From: a virus
Lineage: Duplodnaviria > Caudoviricetes
DNA: 64,000 bases
Direction: 5' to 3' (one strand)
IMG/VR virus record: IMGVR_UViG_3300023053_000001
Coordinates: 64,001 to 128,000 of that record
Shown piece by piece: positions 46,930 through 56,349 of this stretch (positions are counted from its first letter, which is position 1; the number at the start of each line of letters is the position of its first letter). The translations under genes and the position numbers were made by a program. The notes under the pieces were generated by a model. It saw only the letters and a list, made by a program, of their open reading frames with translations. It was not told the origin of the DNA and made no database searches.

Positions 46930-49900
46930 ATGGCCGATAAAGAAACCAAATACCTGAAAACCCTCAAGCCGAAAGACGCGCTGAGCGTCATGTTGACCGA
47001 GGCCAACCACCTGCGTTACCCGCTGTACGATCTGGTGCCCAGTCTGCCGCGTAAAGTGGCCGGCACCCGCACACAGGTCGACCTCAAGGCGCGTGACCAG
47101 GTGGCCAAGGATGACTTCTATCCTTACACCGGTGAGGTCAAGGACTTCACGTTCAACCGCGTGGACCTCAAGCAGGAATACGGCGGTAAGATGGAAGGCT
47201 TCCGGCTGACCCTGCCCAGCTCTACCAAGGAACTGACCGATGAACTGACCCGGCGCTTCGGCACCGAGTTTGAAATCGATGACGTGGTCTTTGAGACCAT
47301 CCATTCGCGCAACTCGGTCCCGTACACGCTCAAGGCCAAGGTGGAATCCCTGCGCTTTGTGGGTCAGGTCGACTTTGTCCTGTCTGACGTGCGCGATCTT
47401 TCCGAGATTGCTCGCGACAGTCTGGGCAATCCGGCCTACACCAAGTTCATGGCCGAACTGCCGCTGGCCTCGCCGTATGCGAATGCCACCGGCTGGATGG
47501 ATCGACTCAACAGTCTGTGGCCGGGCAGTGATGCACAAACCCAGGCGGAGTTCTTGAACCTGTTCAAGGGCACGATCGCTCCGTTGAATGTCCACGCCAA
47601 ACTGGTCAGTCCCTCCCCGTGGGTGATCTCACCCGCGCCGGCACCGTTCAACCTGTACAACGCACAGCTGGTGACCCAAGACGCAGGTGTGGTGAACTAC
47701 CCTGCATTGGCCAACTCGAAGCTGAACCACGTCGCTGAGTTTGCTCTGTCCAAGGAGTATTGTACCAACATCTCCGAGGCCCGGGCCCTGCTGTGGTATG
47801 CCGATGAGGAAAGCAAGGACACCCAGATCCGCATGACCCCACGACTGCGTCAAAGCGGGACGCTCAATACCACCGATGCGACTGCTTACGCCGAATGGCT
47901 GGGTACGCTCAAGGTATCGGATGTGATCACCGCCTCGCCTCACGCGTCGATGACGATGGAGCCGGGCGTGAACTGGACCGTGGGTACGACTAAGTCCCCA
48001 ACGAACCTCTACGGGGCTGTGGTGCAGTATAACGGCCTGCGTCGTGGGCAGGACAGCACCAGCATCTATAACGACCTCACGCATGTACTGGTGGTGTCGA
48101 TGGATGAACGCTACAATAGCCTGTGGCGCGGCAACCTGTCCTTCTTCTACAGTGAAGCGGCGGTCCAGCCCAAGGGCTTTACCGTGGAAGTCTTCCGTGG
48201 CAGTAAGGTGGGTGAAACCATCACGCTGATCCCGCAGGAGACGCCGGAATGGATGAAGCACGGCAACCCGGTAGTGGGTGACACCACCCGTCCGGGCGGT
48301 AAGGTGACGCTGGATGGTTCCAGCTACCTGCAAGCTGCTGTGCATGAGGCCTTCAACTTTGGCACTGACGACTTCACCTTCGAGTTCACGGTGGAGTTTG
48401 CCAATCTGCCAGCCACCATTGCGGTGGGTCTGGTGGGTACGGCCAATGTGCAGCTGGGTGATGAGAACACGGGCCTGGTCTACATGTACGGTGCTGAACC
48501 GAGTCTGCCGCCAGGCTATGCAGGCACGTTCCTGTTTGGCACTACCGATGTGGGCCTGAATGCACTGACCTCTGAGCGGGTTCTGACCGCCGGTCGGACC
48601 AAGGTGTCCATCACCCGTCGCAATGGGTCGATGTTCCACCTGTTCTACAACGAACAGCAGTCTGGTCAGGGTAACGGCTTCGTCGACCCGGGCGCGGTTG
48701 TGAATCTGGCCAAGGCCGATGGCGTGACCATCGGTGCGATTACCTCCAGTTCGGATATTGCCAAGTTCACCGGTGAGATTTCGGACATGCGTATCATCAA
48801 GGGTCTGGCGCTGTACGAGCCGGCTCCGCGGATCTACTTCGCTGACGCCAATGGTTCGGAGACCGACGATGGTCGCACGTTGTATGAAAACGGTACGTTG
48901 GATCTGACGGTCATCATCGATCCGCCGTTGTCGCAAGCCCGCACTGTCCAGCTCAGCTTCACTGGCGATGCGCGGGTGGGCCGTGAGTACAACTTGGCAC
49001 AGGGTGGCACAAGCATCACGATACCGGCAGGTGCGGGGGAGTTTACCTTCACATTGCGCGGCATCGAGACCTCAGCCTTCAATGGCGCACGTTCGTTCAA
49101 TGTTGGCCTGACCTCCGGTGAAGGCTACATGGCCGCCGAACCGAAGACCGCGTACTGCACCTTGCGTGACGCAGTGTACATCGCACCGGTATGGCCGCGA
49201 CAAACGGCGGGCCGTGTGCGTTCGGGCCGTGATGTTGACATTGTGGTCGATCCGGGACTGTTCTACGTTCCGCAGTGGCAGCGTATGCTCGGCCAGCACG
49301 TGGATGGTCTGTACATGTATCGACATGCGCACGATGTAACGCGCATTGCAAACGGCGGGTTCATCCGCGGCCATGCGCCGTGGGCGGCCTATTCGCCTAA
49401 GCACGATGCGGTGCTGATCATGTACGCTGGTGGTGCTCGCATGATCTACGGACCGAAGACCAATTACCGCGTGGTGGAATCCACCTCCGGCTTGGCCTCG
49501 CGTGTATCGCCCACGTCGCCGATGTGGATTGCCGAGTGGGATGTGTTTGTGGCCTTTGACCTGTACACCAGTACGGTCATCAAATCGGCTGACGGTCTGA
49601 CGTGGTCGGCGATGCCGGCTATGGCAGGAGTGACCAACACCCAGAGTAACTGGATGTATGGCATGGTGTGGGACAAGGTCAATCAGCGCCTGTTGGTGTT
49701 GGGTAACTTGGGTCTGACATCCAACACCGGCAGTCAGGTGGGTGGTCGCATTCTCGCCTACACCGCGGTGGATCAAAGCGCTGCACCGACTGTCGTTGCT
49801 ACGGTTCCGTACTACCTGCTGGAGAACTGCTTCTTCTACTCCGAGGTATGGGGCAAGTACGTAATGACGGTCTGGGCCAACCTGCCGAACCTGGGCTTGA

Positions 49901-51072
49901 CACCGGGCTTCTACCTGTCCGATGACTTGTCCAACTGGACCCGCATGGAAATGCCTCCGGGCAATACCTCGCTGATGACTCACTTCAATGACGTACCGCA
50001 ACGCCAGATGGTGTACGCACGTCAGAACGATGGGAAGCTGTGGGCGTGGAAGGAAGGGGAATGGCGTGAAGCCACCTCGGCCAACAATTCCACCGATCCT
50101 GGCGCTCATCTGGCTTATCACCAAGTGGAGGATCAGCTCTGGTCCAACCTGTCCAACGGTGATGAGCAAGCAGTGGACATCTACGTGGACAAGGCGACAG
50201 CTTTGATTGGCTGGGACGGTACGTGGGAAACGCTGCGTAACAGTGGTCCGGGTGTGGGTGAAACGCGTTACGTATCCCATCTGGATAAGCTGTTGGTGGC
50301 CAACACCTCTGCTGAAGTAACTGCCGACGGTTTGACGTGGGCCAGTGCTGGCATCAGTGGTGCGGTTATCAGCGCAGGGTTCATCCCAGACTTTGCTACG
50401 TTGATCGTGCAGAGCACGGGTACGTTGGTGGATACCGGTTCTGGTTATGGGGCGCAGATCCAACAGACCAATCGACCGACGGGTAACGTGTTCCATGGCG
50501 ATGACATCGTCCTGGGCTTTACTGCCGGTGCCGCCCGTTGGCAGTATAAGGCTGACTTGACCAATCCAAACGCAGCGTGGAGCAACATGACCCGCGCTGA
50601 ATTTGGCGAGCAGTCTCGCGCAGCCTTTGCCGATCGTGAAGGTATCTGGACCACGATTGCATTCCCGTCGCGCCAACTCTGGTATGCCAACGCTAACCCG
50701 AGTCTGGCCAGTGCCAGTTGGACTCGCATCGGTACGACCACCAACAAGTGGAATGACCTGTGCTACGCCAACGGCATGAACATGATGTTCTTTGCAGCCA
50801 GCGATGGTATCTACAGCACTCCCGCCCGTTATGAGCCTGTCAAGCAGATCTCGACGACGGTGGCGGTGCAAGGTGTCATCTACGTCCCTGAGGCCAATAG
50901 CGTTGTGGCATGGACGACCGATTCGGTCTACGTGTACAACGGTCAGGAATGGAAAACCTACGCAGCACCGTTCACTGGTACTTACGTGATTGCATGGATG
51001 CCAAACGTCAAACGTTTGGTGGCTTTCAGTAAGAACCGCTCGCGTCGAACGGCCGCGTTCTTGGACGTGTAA
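46930..51072 (+). CDS. large modular tail/baseplate protein (paralog-family N-domain, LamG-like, Calx-beta-like, Asp-box repeats)
   Basis: FTFNRVDL, FGTDDFTFEF..., FTGEISDMRIIKG.ALY, SADGLTW and TADGLTW. Confidence 0.78.
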   Translation: MADKETKYLKTLKPKDALSVMLTEANHLRYPLYDLVPSLPRKVAGTRTQVDLKARDQVAKDDFYPYTGEVKDFTFNRVDLKQEYGGKMEGFRLTLPSSTKELTDELTRRFGTEFEIDDVVFETIHSRNSVPYTLKAKVESLRFVGQVDFVLSDVRDLSEIARDSLGNPAYTKFMAELPLASPYANATGWMDRLNSLWPGSDAQTQAEFLNLFKGTIAPLNVHAKLVSPSPWVISPAPAPFNLYNAQLVTQDAGVVNYPALANSKLNHVAEFALSKEYCTNISEARALLWYADEESKDTQIRMTPRLRQSGTLNTTDATAYAEWLGTLKVSDVITASPHASMTMEPGVNWTVGTTKSPTNLYGAVVQYNGLRRGQDSTSIYNDLTHVLVVSMDERYNSLWRGNLSFFYSEAAVQPKGFTVEVFRGSKVGETITLIPQETPEWMKHGNPVVGDTTRPGGKVTLDGSSYLQAAVHEAFNFGTDDFTFEFTVEFANLPATIAVGLVGTANVQLGDENTGLVYMYGAEPSLPPGYAGTFLFGTTDVGLNALTSERVLTAGRTKVSITRRNGSMFHLFYNEQQSGQGNGFVDPGAVVNLAKADGVTIGAITSSSDIAKFTGEISDMRIIKGLALYEPAPRIYFADANGSETDDGRTLYENGTLDLTVIIDPPLSQARTVQLSFTGDARVGREYNLAQGGTSITIPAGAGEFTFTLRGIETSAFNGARSFNVGLTSGEGYMAAEPKTAYCTLRDAVYIAPVWPRQTAGRVRSGRDVDIVVDPGLFYVPQWQRMLGQHVDGLYMYRHAHDVTRIANGGFIRGHAPWAAYSPKHDAVLIMYAGGARMIYGPKTNYRVVESTSGLASRVSPTSPMWIAEWDVFVAFDLYTSTVIKSADGLTWSAMPAMAGVTNTQSNWMYGMVWDKVNQRLLVLGNLGLTSNTGSQVGGRILAYTAVDQSAAPTVVATVPYYLLENCFFYSEVWGKYVMTVWANLPNLGLTPGFYLSDDLSNWTRMEMPPGNTSLMTHFNDVPQRQMVYARQNDGKLWAWKEGEWREATSANNSTDPGAHLAYHQVEDQLWSNLSNGDEQAVDIYVDKATALIGWDGTWETLRNSGPGVGETRYVSHLDKLLVANTSAEVTADGLTWASAGISGAVISAGFIPDFATLIVQSTGTLVDTGSGYGAQIQQTNRPTGNVFHGDDIVLGFTAGAARWQYKADLTNPNAAWSNMTRAEFGEQSRAAFADREGIWTTIAFPSRQLWYANANPSLASASWTRIGTTTNKWNDLCYANGMNMMFFAASDGIYSTPARYEPVKQISTTVAVQGVIYVPEANSVVAWTTDSVYVYNGQEWKTYAAPFTGTYVIAWMPNVKRLVAFSKNRSRRTAAFLDV

Positions 51073-51074
51073 TA

Positions 51075-51115
51075 AGCATGCCCCTCCTCCCTTCGGGGAG
51101 GAGGGGTTTATGCCG
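51075..51115 (+). terminator. cUUCGg hairpin followed by TTTATGCCG
   Basis: GCCCCTCCTCCC-TTCG-GGGAGGAGGGGT. Confidence 0.8.
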
Positions 51116-51161
51116 ATCTTTATCTTGTGATTCTTTGAGTGCACTAGCCAGGAGCTATGCG

Positions 51162-54100
51162 ATGACCACTCCAACCGATAGCCCTGCCCGTTTGACGGGC
51201 CAGCAGTACATCGATCTGTATCTCGATCCGATCCTGCAAGAACTGGGTATCCAGCGTACGCATCTGGATGTCAGCTACTTTCCGGCCGAAAACCGGATTC
51301 ACCTGAAAGCCCGTGAGTTTGCCACCACGGGCGAGCCGGGTAACCTCATCAACGAAAAGTCCTTCAGTTACCTGCGTCAGGATCTGACGAAGCTGTTCCC
51401 GGCCCCGTTGCTGTACAAGGGCGAGTGGCCGATCAAGTACCGTGCATTGGCGCAGTACATGCTCACTACCTACGGCATCGTCATGGAGGAAGGAGAGTTC
51501 TTCGTCGGCAATGAAAATGTCGGTATGACGCCGGGCATGGAAGATGAGATCGCCCTGACCCCACCAGTTACCACTGGCCTGATCACCTTTTTTGCTAATG
51601 ACAAGTCGCTGCGTTTTGCCACCGACAGCTGGTTCAACATCATCGTCCATGACACGGTGGGGCGTACGCGCCTGAATGCGCTTTATGACGTGGCCTTGCG
51701 CGGGGACATGAATTCCCTGCACACCGACGCGGACCTGATCTCCATCGACAGTACGCTGTTCCTGAGCACCGGTCATGCGTGCGTGCGCGATCTGTTCCGC
51801 CGTCTCTACGGCATGGTGCCCGATGATTCGCAGGTCAGTTGGACCTACGCTGTCAATGGCCAGTACATGCGTGCTTCGATGCAGGCTCGGACCACCGAGA
51901 CCGGTACCGGTGCAACCGGTAAGTATTCCGGCGGTGCGTACATGGACTACACCCGTGCCAATTTGAATACGGTCATCCCGATGCCGTTGAACATCGACGG
52001 TACCAACGAGATGTCCTATGAGGTGTTCTCCCGCTTCATGCTCAACAGCTACGGGCTGCTGATGGAAGAGGGCGAGTTCTATCTCCTGTCTGATCCGACC
52101 AAGAAGCCGCTGGTGCCGGGAGACATCGTCAAGTTCGTCCCGGACAACGGTGAAGCCGATGCGCTGGTGGCTACGGTCAACTCTCGCCGCTTCCAGCCTG
52201 GCTCATCGGTCAACCTCAAGTTGATCTTCCCCAGCCTGCTGGTGGTGTTGGGTAAAGTACCTACCGTTGCTCCGGGTGAAACCATCGCCTATCGTTATCA
52301 GCTGCGTGGCGGTTTTGTGCCGTACATTCTGCTGGATACCTCCGGTCTGCCGAGCACCGTTACGCTCTCCGCCGATGGTTGGTTGCGCGGTACGGCGCCT
52401 TCGGGCAGCTATCCGTTCACGGCACGCTGGCGCGATAACGCCGGTACCATCGCCTATCTGGAAGACACGATTCTGGTGGAGACGCCGGAATTGAAAGCGC
52501 CACTGGAAGTGAGTCTGACCATCGACCACACCCCGGTTGTTCACTACTCGGTAGTGGCACCAAAGGTACTGATGACCATCAAGGTTCCCGAAGATGGCGC
52601 AGCCGATGGCGTGGTGTTCTCTTGGGGTGATACGACCGATACCAATGGTCCGCCGTACCTGATGGCCGTCGGTCCGGAAATGGAATATGCAGGTTCCGGT
52701 TCGAGTAAGTGGGTTCGCCCGGAGTGGGTGAACTGGGGTCTGGATCTGGCTGAGATGGGCATGGATCAATCCACGGTGACGACGGTGCCGATTCAGGCAT
52801 GGCCCAATCAGAAGTTCCGCTTCTCGTTGCGCGATGACCTGCCTGCTGGGACGTACGTCATCGAAGTGCCGGTGTTCGCCCTGAGTCTGCAGCCGGGACG
52901 TACCCACAAGCTGAATATGGGCTTCACCAACAACGACGGTAATGAAGAGCTGCTGGCGCTGGATGTGCCGATCGTAGCCTATCAGGCCCCGACGTTGGAA
53001 TGGAGTACCGTACCTGCTCAACCGATGGCTGCCACGAAGATTCGCATCAACGGCAAACTGACCTTCCCGTCACCTTACGTACCGGATCAGATGGATCGGA
53101 TGGACTTTGACTTCCAGGACACTGGCGCAGTCATCGTCAGTAACATCACTTCCGATTCGCCGCTGGTGGGCCGCACCGGTGATGTGGCTGAACCTTCGCG
53201 ATTGATCTTCGAAGGATTGACCCCGTTCAGTCCGGCCGGCGAGTACAACTTCAGCTTCGATCTTCAGTTGACCGAGGATATGCCGTACCTGGAGACGTAC
53301 TACGTGGGCGGGATCTTCTACCCCGGTGGTCAGAACCGTGCTCCGGTATCCAACACGAAGCAGTTGCAGCTGACGCCGCAGGCTCGCCCTGAAGTGACCA
53401 TCAGCGCGCAGCCGGCCACGGTCGTTGAGGGCACCTCGACGGTGGTACGCATTGACCTGAACATCCCGGCGCCGAAGGCACTGACCATTCCGATCAGCTA
53501 CGAAGAATCCACTGCGACGCTGGGGGTTGATTTCACGGGTCGTGACAGCGTGTCGATCCCGGAAGGGTATCAGTCCACGACGTTTGTAATCGATACCGTG
53601 GAGAACAACTCGCAGAGTAGCGACTCGCGGATTCGTGTCTGGGCTGGTGGCGGTCCCAACCATTCGGTGGTAGGTTCCGGTTACACGGACATCAATGTGG
53701 CCAAAGCCATCGTGACCTCGGGATGGTACATCACCTCTGACCAGAAGCTCTACAGCGCTGAGTTCGACAAGTTCGCCAGTACGGTCGGTAAAGGCGTGCC
53801 GATGCCCTTGGCACAGATCCTGAGTAATGAGTACATCGAGCTGAACTACAGTCCGTCCTATGCTGGCGCCTACTGGCGTCCGTTGGGTGAGTCGGCATGG
53901 CGTTCGATCCCGCTGCAGGCCCATGGTCGCTGCATCGTGGGGACGAAGATCTGGTCAACGGCAGTGAGCGATGCAGTGCAGTATTTGGATACTGCGACGG
54001 GGCAGACGGTACAGACCACGGCAGCCCGCGGTAACTTGCTGCAGGGCTGTAAGAAGCTGATGGTCAAGTACAACGCCAGTAACAACAGTTGGGACACCTC

Positions 54101-56237
54101 GCAGATCTCCATTGACGAAGGTGCGACGTGGACTGAACGTGGGGACTTCATCGGCTTCCCGAACAATCCGTGTAGTGCCACCGACGGTCAGGTAGTCATG
54201 ATCGGTGGCGCCGACGGCGGTAACCTCAACTTGGCCATGATCGACCAGACCGGTACGATCTACACACGTCAGCTGACCGGCGCTGGGGCAGGTACCGCGA
54301 TGGTGGCCATCGTGCCGCTGGAAACGGGTTGGATGGTCATCACGCAGGAAGGGAAGGTCTACACGTCCCCAGCTGCTGATCCGTTGAACTTCACTGCCGC
54401 TACGGGCTTTACCACGACCGAACAACCGTGGGCAGCCCGTGGTGACGGCACTCGTGTCATGCTGATTACCCGAGAAGGTTCGGTGTGGACCAACGCGGAC
54501 TCGGCACAAGGACCGTGGTCGAAGGTCGGCTCGCCTGTCACCAACACCACGCTCACTGACGTCATGCTGCGCGGTTTGCAGTACAAGCGTTACAACGTGG
54601 TCGATGACATCATCGGTACGGTCACTCCGACTGTGTGGTATCGTCTCAACGATGTGGCGCCCAACGGTATCGCCCGTGACTCCAGCGGTAATGGGTATCA
54701 TGGTGCGTACTCGGCTACCGCAGCGGTGGGCGTTGGATTGAGCAACACCGGTAAGTCACTGGCCCCGCAGGGCAACACAACTGAAGGTGGCTTCACGATC
54801 CCGGGTACGGGCTTTACGCTCAATGCAGCTAACCTGCAGAAGGGTCAGTTCTGGAACGTGTTCCTCAAGCGCGATCCGACCAAGGCCGTGGGTAGTCAGT
54901 ACCAGCACATCGTGGGCGACAGTCAGGACGCGGGCTTGGCTTGCGGCTTCCAGGTGTCCGGGGGTGATGAGGAAGTGCAGTGGAACATGAACCGTCAGCA
55001 CCAAGCGACGGCCTCGCGACCGCGTACGCCCATGCCTGACACTGAGGCGCACATGTACACGATCGTCTTCCGTCCGCAGGGCGGTCGTGATCGGTACAGC
55101 TCCTACGTGGACGGTAAGCGAGTGACGACGCTGCTGCCGAACTCTGGCATTGAACCGCTGACCAGTTCGGCCATGCTCTACGGCGGTAGTCCCAATCGCT
55201 ATAGTTCGTCGTATGGGAATGCGACGTTCATGTCCGAGCTGATGGCAGGTCCGGGCTGGGCCACCGATGCAGAGGAAGCCTCGGCCATTGCCAAGTTGTA
55301 CGATCTGCTCAAGCCAGCACCGGTTGTGTGGAATGACGACTGGACAGTGCGGAGCAACATCGGTGGCGGTCACACGGTAGGTTACAGTCCGAAGTTGAAC
55401 CGCATGGTGGTGGGTGACTTCACCTCGGCCAAGATCTCCTACAGTGACGATGTGGGTCAGACATGGACGGCTGCTACGGTTCCCAGCGGCACCAAGTTCG
55501 AACAGTTCATCTGGAGTGATCGACTGCAGCTGTTCATTGGTTGCGGTTTGTCCTCTGCGAAGGTCTGGTCGGTTGACGGTATCACCTGGACTCAAGGTGG
55601 CGGTAGTAGCGAGTACGGAGTCATCCTGATCGATACGCCCACCAAGGTGCTGGCTTTCAATAGCGATGGTGCGGCCATGGTCAGTCAGTCTGCTGACGGT
55701 AAAACTTGGAGTTGGAGCGGACAAAACATCCCCAGTGACATGGGGTCACCGAATGCGGTTGCCTACAGTCCCGAGGAAGATCGGGTCGTGGTGGCTTACA
55801 GTTCGGGGCGCTTCCTCTACAACAACAACGCCCTGCCGACCAACACTGTGTGGACGCGTACCGGTCAGTTCTCCGCAGCGATCAAGGACATTTTGTGGTC
55901 TTCGGATCATCAGGCGTTCTTTGCGTTGGTGGCGACCACTCCGGCGACGGTCATGCGGAGTGCCAACGGCCGTACGGACTGGGAGGTCGTATACACCGCA
56001 CCGGCTGCACACGGCGCTGCCGGCCGGATGGCGTACTCACTGCAGCACGGCTTCTTGCTGATCAATACCAGTAATACGCACATGGTTCGCGCTGATCGAG
56101 ATTGGGTGCAAACGTCTGCCAAGGCGGTGTCGCTGGATCTGGGTAGCGTCAACTATGGTCTGGAATGGATTCCTAAGCTGCAACGCTTTGTCCTCTCGGG
56201 TTATACCAAGACGGCATTGAGTAACAGCGCGCCATAA
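51162..56237 (+). CDS. very large modular tail protein (duplicated N-domain, Ig-like, Calx-beta-like, LamG-like, Asp-box propeller)
   Basis: GGAG RBS; two YG..MEEGEF repeats; LRGGFVPY....GLPS..TLS..G; VWYRLND; SIDEGATW, SDDVGQTW and SADGKTW. Confidence 0.8.
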   Translation: MTTPTDSPARLTGQQYIDLYLDPILQELGIQRTHLDVSYFPAENRIHLKAREFATTGEPGNLINEKSFSYLRQDLTKLFPAPLLYKGEWPIKYRALAQYMLTTYGIVMEEGEFFVGNENVGMTPGMEDEIALTPPVTTGLITFFANDKSLRFATDSWFNIIVHDTVGRTRLNALYDVALRGDMNSLHTDADLISIDSTLFLSTGHACVRDLFRRLYGMVPDDSQVSWTYAVNGQYMRASMQARTTETGTGATGKYSGGAYMDYTRANLNTVIPMPLNIDGTNEMSYEVFSRFMLNSYGLLMEEGEFYLLSDPTKKPLVPGDIVKFVPDNGEADALVATVNSRRFQPGSSVNLKLIFPSLLVVLGKVPTVAPGETIAYRYQLRGGFVPYILLDTSGLPSTVTLSADGWLRGTAPSGSYPFTARWRDNAGTIAYLEDTILVETPELKAPLEVSLTIDHTPVVHYSVVAPKVLMTIKVPEDGAADGVVFSWGDTTDTNGPPYLMAVGPEMEYAGSGSSKWVRPEWVNWGLDLAEMGMDQSTVTTVPIQAWPNQKFRFSLRDDLPAGTYVIEVPVFALSLQPGRTHKLNMGFTNNDGNEELLALDVPIVAYQAPTLEWSTVPAQPMAATKIRINGKLTFPSPYVPDQMDRMDFDFQDTGAVIVSNITSDSPLVGRTGDVAEPSRLIFEGLTPFSPAGEYNFSFDLQLTEDMPYLETYYVGGIFYPGGQNRAPVSNTKQLQLTPQARPEVTISAQPATVVEGTSTVVRIDLNIPAPKALTIPISYEESTATLGVDFTGRDSVSIPEGYQSTTFVIDTVENNSQSSDSRIRVWAGGGPNHSVVGSGYTDINVAKAIVTSGWYITSDQKLYSAEFDKFASTVGKGVPMPLAQILSNEYIELNYSPSYAGAYWRPLGESAWRSIPLQAHGRCIVGTKIWSTAVSDAVQYLDTATGQTVQTTAARGNLLQGCKKLMVKYNASNNSWDTSQISIDEGATWTERGDFIGFPNNPCSATDGQVVMIGGADGGNLNLAMIDQTGTIYTRQLTGAGAGTAMVAIVPLETGWMVITQEGKVYTSPAADPLNFTAATGFTTTEQPWAARGDGTRVMLITREGSVWTNADSAQGPWSKVGSPVTNTTLTDVMLRGLQYKRYNVVDDIIGTVTPTVWYRLNDVAPNGIARDSSGNGYHGAYSATAAVGVGLSNTGKSLAPQGNTTEGGFTIPGTGFTLNAANLQKGQFWNVFLKRDPTKAVGSQYQHIVGDSQDAGLACGFQVSGGDEEVQWNMNRQHQATASRPRTPMPDTEAHMYTIVFRPQGGRDRYSSYVDGKRVTTLLPNSGIEPLTSSAMLYGGSPNRYSSSYGNATFMSELMAGPGWATDAEEASAIAKLYDLLKPAPVVWNDDWTVRSNIGGGHTVGYSPKLNRMVVGDFTSAKISYSDDVGQTWTAATVPSGTKFEQFIWSDRLQLFIGCGLSSAKVWSVDGITWTQGGGSSEYGVILIDTPTKVLAFNSDGAAMVSQSADGKTWSWSGQNIPSDMGSPNAVAYSPEEDRVVVAYSSGRFLYNNNALPTNTVWTRTGQFSAAIKDILWSSDHQAFFALVATTPATVMRSANGRTDWEVVYTAPAAHGAAGRMAYSLQHGFLLINTSNTHMVRADRDWVQTSAKAVSLDLGSVNYGLEWIPKLQRFVLSGYTKTALSNSAP

Positions 56238-56277
56238 GCAATCCCCCTCCTCCCTTCGGGGAGGAGGGTTTTATGCT
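56233..56277 (+). terminator. cUUCGg hairpin followed by TTTTATGC
   Basis: CCCTCCTCCC-TTCG-GGGAGGAGGG. Confidence 0.8.
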
Positions 56278-56349
56278 CTTTGTTTTTGTTCCTTTATCTT
56301 GTGTAAAAATCTACACTTTCCCCATTTTCACTATCTCAGAGGTGTTCTC

